DNA of 64,000 nt, taken from Bacteroidota bacterium (GTDB lineage Bacteria; Bacteroidota; Ignavibacteria; UBA10030; UBA6906). The notes beneath the pieces were generated by a model, which ran no database searches, was not told the origin of the DNA, and saw only the letters and a list, made by a program, of their open reading frames with translations. A program made the position numbers and the translations under genes. Location: the NCBI GenBank assembly GCA_030835135.1, contig JAUQWO010000075.1:149330-213329 (forward strand). The letters are read 5' to 3'. Below, one piece after another: positions 59,092 through 64,000 of this stretch (the first letter of the stretch is position 1; every line of letters starts with the position of its first letter).

Positions 59092-60491
59092 CAACCAAGG
59101 CCATCGTACTCGGTATCAGCATCGCGGCCCTCGTCGCGGGTGCCTGCACACCAGCGATCGCAGGCGGTGAGCGGACGAACATTCAGGGTGTTGGCATGGC
59201 CCGCACCTTCGTGGCCCACGCGCGCGGGCTCGATGCCGTCGGCATCAACCCGGCCAACCTGGCCGCACAGGACGGCGGTCGCGTGACGCTCGGCCTCATG
59301 CCCATCGGGGTCCACCTCGGGAGTGATTTCCTGACCTACGGTCTCTATTCGAAATACTTCACCGGGCAGGAAAGCGGCACCGGCCGGGTCAGCAAGCATC
59401 TGACCGACGCCGACAAGCAGGATATCCTCTCCTCGTTCCCTGATGGCGTGGGCCGGCTTTCGGCCCACCTGGAAGCGCGGCCCGTGGGATTGTCGGTGCG
59501 CATCACGGATCACAGCCGGATCGCCCTCACCATGACGGAGTATGTGATGGTGAATGCGATGATCCCCCACGACTATCTCGAATTCCTGTTCTATGGCAAC
59601 ACGCCGGGGTCAGTGTACGAATTCGGGAAGACCTCTGCCGAGGCGTACTGGCTCCGCGAGTATGCGCTGTCGTTCGGCACGAACCTGCCGGCGCCGTCCT
59701 TCCTGAACAGCCTCTCCGCGGGGGCTGCGGTGAAGATGGTGCATGGATTCGGATATTTCCAGGTCGACAGGTTCAATACATCCATGCTCACGGGCACCGA
59801 TGGCATCCTGCATGGCTCGGTGGATGTGCACGGCCGTGCGTCGGGTATCGATCCCCTGACGGGTGCGGAGAACGCGAACTTCCAGCCGTTCCCTGCCCCC
59901 GCGGGATCAGGACTGGCCTTCGATCTGGGCGTGGCGTCGGATGTGAACGACTACCTGTGTGTTGGGCTGAGCGTCACGGATATCGGGTCGGTGGAGTGGC
60001 GTGCGAATGTCGAGGAGCTCGTCGGGAGCGGGCAACTCGAAGTGACGGACCCGTTGAGCCAGGTGCAGCGCGATTCGATCGAGAATGCGGTGTCGGGTGA
60101 ACATCATCCCGGCACGTCATTCACGACGGCGCTCCCCACGACGTTCCGTGTCGGTGCCGCGATCGAACTCCACAAGACCCCGCTCCTGAAGAACTTCCTG
60201 TGGGGTGAGTGGACGTTCGCGTGTGACTACAATCAGGGCCTCGTGGATGGGGCCGGCATCTCGACGTCCGGGCGGTTCTCCATGGGCCTGGAATTCCGTC
60301 CGTGGGGATTCCTACCGCTCCGTACCGGTGCATCGTTCGGCGGGGTGGATCATTTCAACTTCGCGCTCGGGTTCGGCCTGCACTTCGGGGTGTTCGATCT
60401 CGACCTGGCCTCGGAACATCTGAATTTCCTGCTGCAGGAGGAGTCGCTGTCCCACGGCTCGATCGCCATGGGTATGCGTATCCGCATCTGA
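59088..60491 (+). CDS. FadL/PorV-like outer membrane beta-barrel protein
   Basis: 467 aa from MTTKAIV (ATGA overlap). Signal peptide. N-terminal motif [27 protein letters not shown] resembles the FadL/OmpP1/PorV hatch motif (G-G-A...NPA-LA). Confidence 0.45.
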   Translation: MTTKAIVLGISIAALVAGACTPAIAGGERTNIQGVGMARTFVAHARGLDAVGINPANLAAQDGGRVTLGLMPIGVHLGSDFLTYGLYSKYFTGQESGTGRVSKHLTDADKQDILSSFPDGVGRLSAHLEARPVGLSVRITDHSRIALTMTEYVMVNAMIPHDYLEFLFYGNTPGSVYEFGKTSAEAYWLREYALSFGTNLPAPSFLNSLSAGAAVKMVHGFGYFQVDRFNTSMLTGTDGILHGSVDVHGRASGIDPLTGAENANFQPFPAPAGSGLAFDLGVASDVNDYLCVGLSVTDIGSVEWRANVEELVGSGQLEVTDPLSQVQRDSIENAVSGEHHPGTSFTTALPTTFRVGAAIELHKTPLLKNFLWGEWTFACDYNQGLVDGAGISTSGRFSMGLEFRPWGFLPLRTGASFGGVDHFNFALGFGLHFGVFDLDLASEHLNFLLQEESLSHGSIAMGMRIRI

Positions 60492-61972
60492 GCAGTGTGT
60501 CCGCGGGTGTGCAGGGACGGTGGGTGGCCGTTCCTGCCTGCTGCCCGGCGACCCCGTCTGGTGGTGCAGACGGGGTCGTTTTGTTTCTCGAGGATGAACT
60601 TCGAGAGGTCGCGGTCCCGCACGATCGATGAGAGGCGGGACACGACGCGATCGTGATCGATCACGATCGTGGCTGAGGGGATCTCGTCCGGTGCCAGGTA
60701 CAGGGCATCCTCGAGGAGTGTCGTCAGGATGGTATGGAGCCGGCGCGCGCCGATGTTCTCCACCTGTTCGTTCACTTCGGTGGCGATCCGGGCGATCTCC
60801 CGGATGCCGTCCTCCCGGAACTCCAGCGTGATACCCTCCGTGGCGAGCAACGCGCTGTATTGCTTGAGCAGGGCATTCTGGGGAAGCGTCAGGATCTTGA
60901 CGAAATCGTCCTCGGTCAGGCTGTTGAGTTCCACGCGGATGGGGAAGCGGCCCTGCAATTCGGGGATCAGATCGGAGGGCTTGGCCACGTGGAACGCACC
61001 GGAGGCGATGAACAGGACATGGTCGGTCTTCACCATGCCGTACTTCGTCATCACGTTGGATCCTTCCACGATCGGGAGCAGGTCGCGCTGGACCCCTTCC
61101 CGTGATACGTCCGGTCCGCCGGCCGGCCCCTTGGACCCGGCGATCTTGTCGATCTCATCGAGAAAGACGATCCCGGAATTCTCCACCCGCTGCACGGCTT
61201 CGCGGACGGCGGCGTCCTGATCGATGAGCTTGGCGGCCTCCTCGTTCGTGAGGAGCGTGCGTGCCTCAGCAACGGACACCTTCCGGCGTTTCATCTTCTT
61301 CGGGAACATGCTGCCGAAGAGGTCCTGGATGTTCACCCCCACCTCTTCCATGTTCATCGGGCCCACGACCTGCATCATCGGACTGTCGTTCGCGGGGAGG
61401 TCGAGCTCCACCATCCGGCCATCGAGTTCGCCGGCGCGGAGCCGCTGGCGGAATTTCTCTCGCGTGGTGCCGCCATCGTCGACGGGCACCGGGGTCTGTT
61501 CTCCCTCGGGGGCAGGGGAGGGACGTTTGCGCGGAGCGGGAATGAGGATGTCCAGCACCCGTTCCTCGGCCATCTCCTTCGCTTTCTCCTCGACGCCCTT
61601 CTTGTGCTCGGCCTTCACCATCGTGACGGCAAATTCAGTCAGGTCGCGGATGATGGATTCCACATCGCGGCCAACATACCCGACCTCGGTGAATTTGGAT
61701 GCCTCCACCTTGATGAACGGCGCGTTCGCCAGCCGCGCCAGGCGGCGGGCGATCTCGGTCTTGCCCACGCCGGTCGGGCCGATCAGGATGATGTTGTTGG
61801 GCATGATCTCTTCGCGGAGACCGGGGGCCACCTGCAGGCGGCGCCAGCGGTTCCGGAGGGCGATCGCCACCGACCGCTTTGCGGCGTCCTGACCGATGAT
61901 GTATGCGTCGAGTTCCCGGACGATCTCGCGCGGCGTGAGCTCGGAACGGGGTGCAGCAGGGGATGATGTCAT
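60350..61972 (-). CDS. hslU: ATP-dependent protease ATPase subunit HslU, with anomalous ~80-codon C-terminal read-through
   Basis: Canonical HslU from [34 protein letters not shown], Walker [16 protein letters not shown], through the conserved terminus ...DLSKFIL at about 60590. No stop follows: the ORF continues Arg-rich through the terminator hairpin and 142 bp antisense into the neighbouring gene. Confidence 0.85.
   Translation of the reverse strand: MTSSPAAPRSELTPREIVRELDAYIIGQDAAKRSVAIALRNRWRRLQVAPGLREEIMPNNIILIGPTGVGKTEIARRLARLANAPFIKVEASKFTEVGYVGRDVESIIRDLTEFAVTMVKAEHKKGVEEKAKEMAEERVLDILIPAPRKRPSPAPEGEQTPVPVDDGGTTREKFRQRLRAGELDGRMVELDLPANDSPMMQVVGPMNMEEVGVNIQDLFGSMFPKKMKRRKVSVAEARTLLTNEEAAKLIDQDAAVREAVQRVENSGIVFLDEIDKIAGSKGPAGGPDVSREGVQRDLLPIVEGSNVMTKYGMVKTDHVLFIASGAFHVAKPSDLIPELQGRFPIRVELNSLTEDDFVKILTLPQNALLKQYSALLATEGITLEFREDGIREIARIATEVNEQVENIGARRLHTILTTLLEDALYLAPDEIPSATIVIDHDRVVSRLSSIVRDRDLSKFILEKQNDPVCTTRRGRRAAGRNGHPPSLHTRGHTAQMRIRIPMAIEPWDSDSSCSRKFRCSEARSRSNTPKCRPNPSAKLK
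60549..60590 (+). terminator. Rho-independent terminator after the sigma-54 operon
   Basis: 12-bp stem GCGACCCCGTCTG/CAGACGGGGTCG, 6-nt loop GTGGTG, then TTTTGTTTCTCG. Confidence 0.8.
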
Positions 61973-62001
61973 GTGTTCTCGGGGACGGATGTCCCGGTGC
62001 C

Positions 62002-62538
62002 CTACAACTCTTCGATGACGATGTTCGTGTTGGTATAGATGCAGATGCCCGCGGCGGTACGGAGGGACTCCTCAACGATCTCGCGCGTGGACAGTGTGGA
62101 GTGTTTGACGAGCATCCGGGCCGCGGCCAGGGCGTAACTGCCGCCGGAACCGATCGCGACGATGCCGTCGTCGGGTTCAATGACTTCGCCGGAACCGGAG
62201 ATGATGAGGGAGGACTTCCCGTCGAGGACCGCCAGCAGGGCTTCGAGCTGGCGGAGATACTTATCGGTGCGCCATTCCCGTGCGAGTTCCACCGCCGCGC
62301 GTTCGAGATTGCCGCGGTGCTTCTCCAGATGGTCCTCGAATTTGCCGAAGAGCGTGAACGCATCCGCGGCAGCACCGGCGAATCCCGCGATCACCTTGCC
62401 GTTGTACAGCCGGCGCACTTTGCGGGCGGTGTGTTTCATCACGGTCTGTCCGAGCGTGACCTGGCCGTCGGCACCGATGACGGTCACCCCGTTGTGGGTG
62501 AGGCCGAGAACGGTCGTGGCATGGATGGTGGTCGTCAC
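62002..62538 (-). CDS. hslV: ATP-dependent protease subunit HslV
   Basis: 178 aa; [12 protein letters not shown] (N-terminal Thr nucleophile), [14 protein letters not shown]. Confidence 0.93.
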   Translation of the reverse strand: MTTTIHATTVLGLTHNGVTVIGADGQVTLGQTVMKHTARKVRRLYNGKVIAGFAGAAADAFTLFGKFEDHLEKHRGNLERAAVELAREWRTDKYLRQLEALLAVLDGKSSLIISGSGEVIEPDDGIVAIGSGGSYALAAARMLVKHSTLSTREIVEESLRTAAGICIYTNTNIVIEEL

Positions 62539-62549
62539 GGGTGTGCCTG

Positions 62550-64000
62550 TCAGGTGAGCTTGCGGCGGAGACGGGCGACAGGGATGAGCATCGCCTCGCG
62601 GTACTTTGCCACCGTCCGGCGCGCGATGTTCAGCCCTTCGGTGTTGAGCATCTCCGCGAGCTTGTGGTCGCTCAGAGGATGCAGAGGGTCCTCGGCATCG
62701 ATGAGCACCTTGAGTTTCTTCTTCACTTCCTTGTTCGAGACCTCGTCACCATCGGTCGTGCTGATGGAATCGCTGAAGAAATGACGGAGGGAGAAGACCC
62801 CGTAATCGGTCTGGACATACTTGCTGTTCACGACGCGGCTGATCGTGGAGATGTCCATGCTGATCACTTCGGCGATGTCCTTGTAGATCATCGGCCGCAG
62901 GCCCTCGCCGGTGTCGAAGTATTCGTGCTGCTTCTCGACGATCGTGCGCATGACCTTGAGCATGGTCTCGCGGCGCTGGTGGATCGAACTGATGAACCAC
63001 TTCGCGGCCTCGAAACGCTGCCGGATGAAGTCCTTTGCCTCGGTGGAGACCCCGTTCTTCTTCCGCTTGGACATCAGGTCCTTGTAGGCCTTGTTGATCC
63101 GCAGCGGGGGGATGTTCCGGTCGTTGAGCGAGATGACGAAGTCCGTCTCGGTCTTCGTCACGAGGAAATCGGGGACGATGTAGTTCTCGTGCGCGCTGAA
63201 TTCGCCCTCGCCCGGCTTCGGGTTCAGGTGCTGGATGAACTCGATCACCTGCTTGAGCTCGTCGAGGGTGATCCCGAGTTTCTTGGCGAGCTCCTCGAAA
63301 TGACGCATCGTGAAGTCGTCGTAGAATTCGGTGAGGAGGCGCGTGGCCAGTGTCTTGAGTCCGGGCTCCAGCGGGGTGAGCTCCAGCTGGACCAGGAGGC
63401 ATTCCTGCAGGGAGCGGGAGCCGATCCCCACCGGGTCCATGTGCTGGATCTTCCGGAGGACCTGTTCGGCCTTCTCCACCGTGATCGCCGTGCTGTTCGT
63501 GAGGTTCACGTCCTGCACGATCGTGATCAGATCGCGGCGGAGATACCCGTCCTCGTCCACGTTCCCGATGATCTCCTGCCCGATCAGGATCTCGTCATCG
63601 TCGAGGTCGAGCAGACTGAACTGCTCCAGCAGGCGGTGGGAGAGCGAGACCGAATCCGCGATGGGGAGCTCTTCCTTCTCCTCGCCGTCGAACGGCTCCC
63701 GGGCCTTGTACCCGTGGAGGTCATCGTTCATGTAGTCTTCGATCGAGTACTTCTCGTCCTCCTCGGCGTGACTCTCTTCGACCTTCTCGGGAGGGGTCTC
63801 TTCGACGGGTTCTTCCTTTTCCGGTTCGTCCTGCTCCGTCTGCGCCTCAAGTTCCTCTTCGTATCCCTCCTCCAGGAGAGGGTTCATTTCCAGCTCGGCC
63901 TTGATCTTCTGCTCGAGGGCAAGGGTGGGGAGCTGCAGCATCTTCAGGTACTGCACCTGCTGCGGCGACAGCTTCATCATCATCTTATGCTGGAGCGAGA
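62550..64000 (-). CDS. rpoN: RNA polymerase sigma-54 factor RpoN (N-terminus probably beyond window edge)
   Basis: RpoN box [10 protein letters not shown] near the C-terminus; [23 protein letters not shown]-terminal region. The frame stays open upstream of the ATG at 63983 to the window end, and the N-terminus appears a few residues short. Confidence 0.88.
   Translation of the reverse strand, partial: SLQHKMMMKLSPQQVQYLKMLQLPTLALEQKIKAELEMNPLLEEGYEEELEAQTEQDEPEKEEPVEETPPEKVEESHAEEDEKYSIEDYMNDDLHGYKAREPFDGEEKEELPIADSVSLSHRLLEQFSLLDLDDDEILIGQEIIGNVDEDGYLRRDLITIVQDVNLTNSTAITVEKAEQVLRKIQHMDPVGIGSRSLQECLLVQLELTPLEPGLKTLATRLLTEFYDDFTMRHFEELAKKLGITLDELKQVIEFIQHLNPKPGEGEFSAHENYIVPDFLVTKTETDFVISLNDRNIPPLRINKAYKDLMSKRKKNGVSTEAKDFIRQRFEAAKWFISSIHQRRETMLKVMRTIVEKQHEYFDTGEGLRPMIYKDIAEVISMDISTISRVVNSKYVQTDYGVFSLRHFFSDSISTTDGDEVSNKEVKKKLKVLIDAEDPLHPLSDHKLAEMLNTEGLNIARRTVAKYREAMLIPVARLRRKLT

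Overview
This is a GC-rich (~65%), gene-dense bacterial chromosomal segment from a Gram-negative (diderm) organism. The diderm call rests on the LPS genes (kdsA/kdsC/kdsD, lptC/lptA/lptB), TolC, a TonB-dependent receptor and OM beta-barrels. Both a sigma-70-type (TTGAYW-N17-TAYAWT) and a sigma-54 promoter can be read. The annotated core, in order along the window: (1) the groES end, groEL and a hemerythrin-like gene; (2) a TetR-regulated seven-gene ABC/TolC efflux operon; (3) a minus-strand block of MacAB-like efflux, OPT transporter, pepT, GH20 hexosaminidase, FAD oxidoreductase and HAD hydrolase; (4) lepA, two lepB paralogs and hemW; (5) a DUF2723 membrane protein with a GT4 glycosyltransferase; (6) a DinB-like gene flanked by palindromic tandem-repeat arrays; (7) a TonB-dependent receptor with ispE; (8) a DAACS symporter heading kdsA-kdsC-kdsD-lptC-lptA-lptB; (9) fmdB, coaD, rsmD, a hypothetical gene and comEA; (10) dnaJ-grpE-hrcA with a CIRCE-like element, then icd; (11) hslVU and rpoN. 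The main candidate for an undescribed system is a seven-gene plus-strand operon (49631-56802). It encodes a MotA/TolQ/ExbB-like multi-TM protein and a single-pass partner with an intramembrane Glu, followed by secreted and OM beta-barrel proteins, a TPR protein and a DUF3467 protein, and it ends at a strong terminator. A sigma-54 promoter follows and drives a large lipoprotein plus a FadL/PorV-like OM protein. Other points of interest are a stop-less hslU that reads through a terminator hairpin, a TetR promoter with two operator palindromes, and an 85-aa loop insertion in the DAACS symporter. No tRNA, rRNA, CRISPR array, transposase or integrase was found. Many long antisense ORFs are GC3-bias artifacts.
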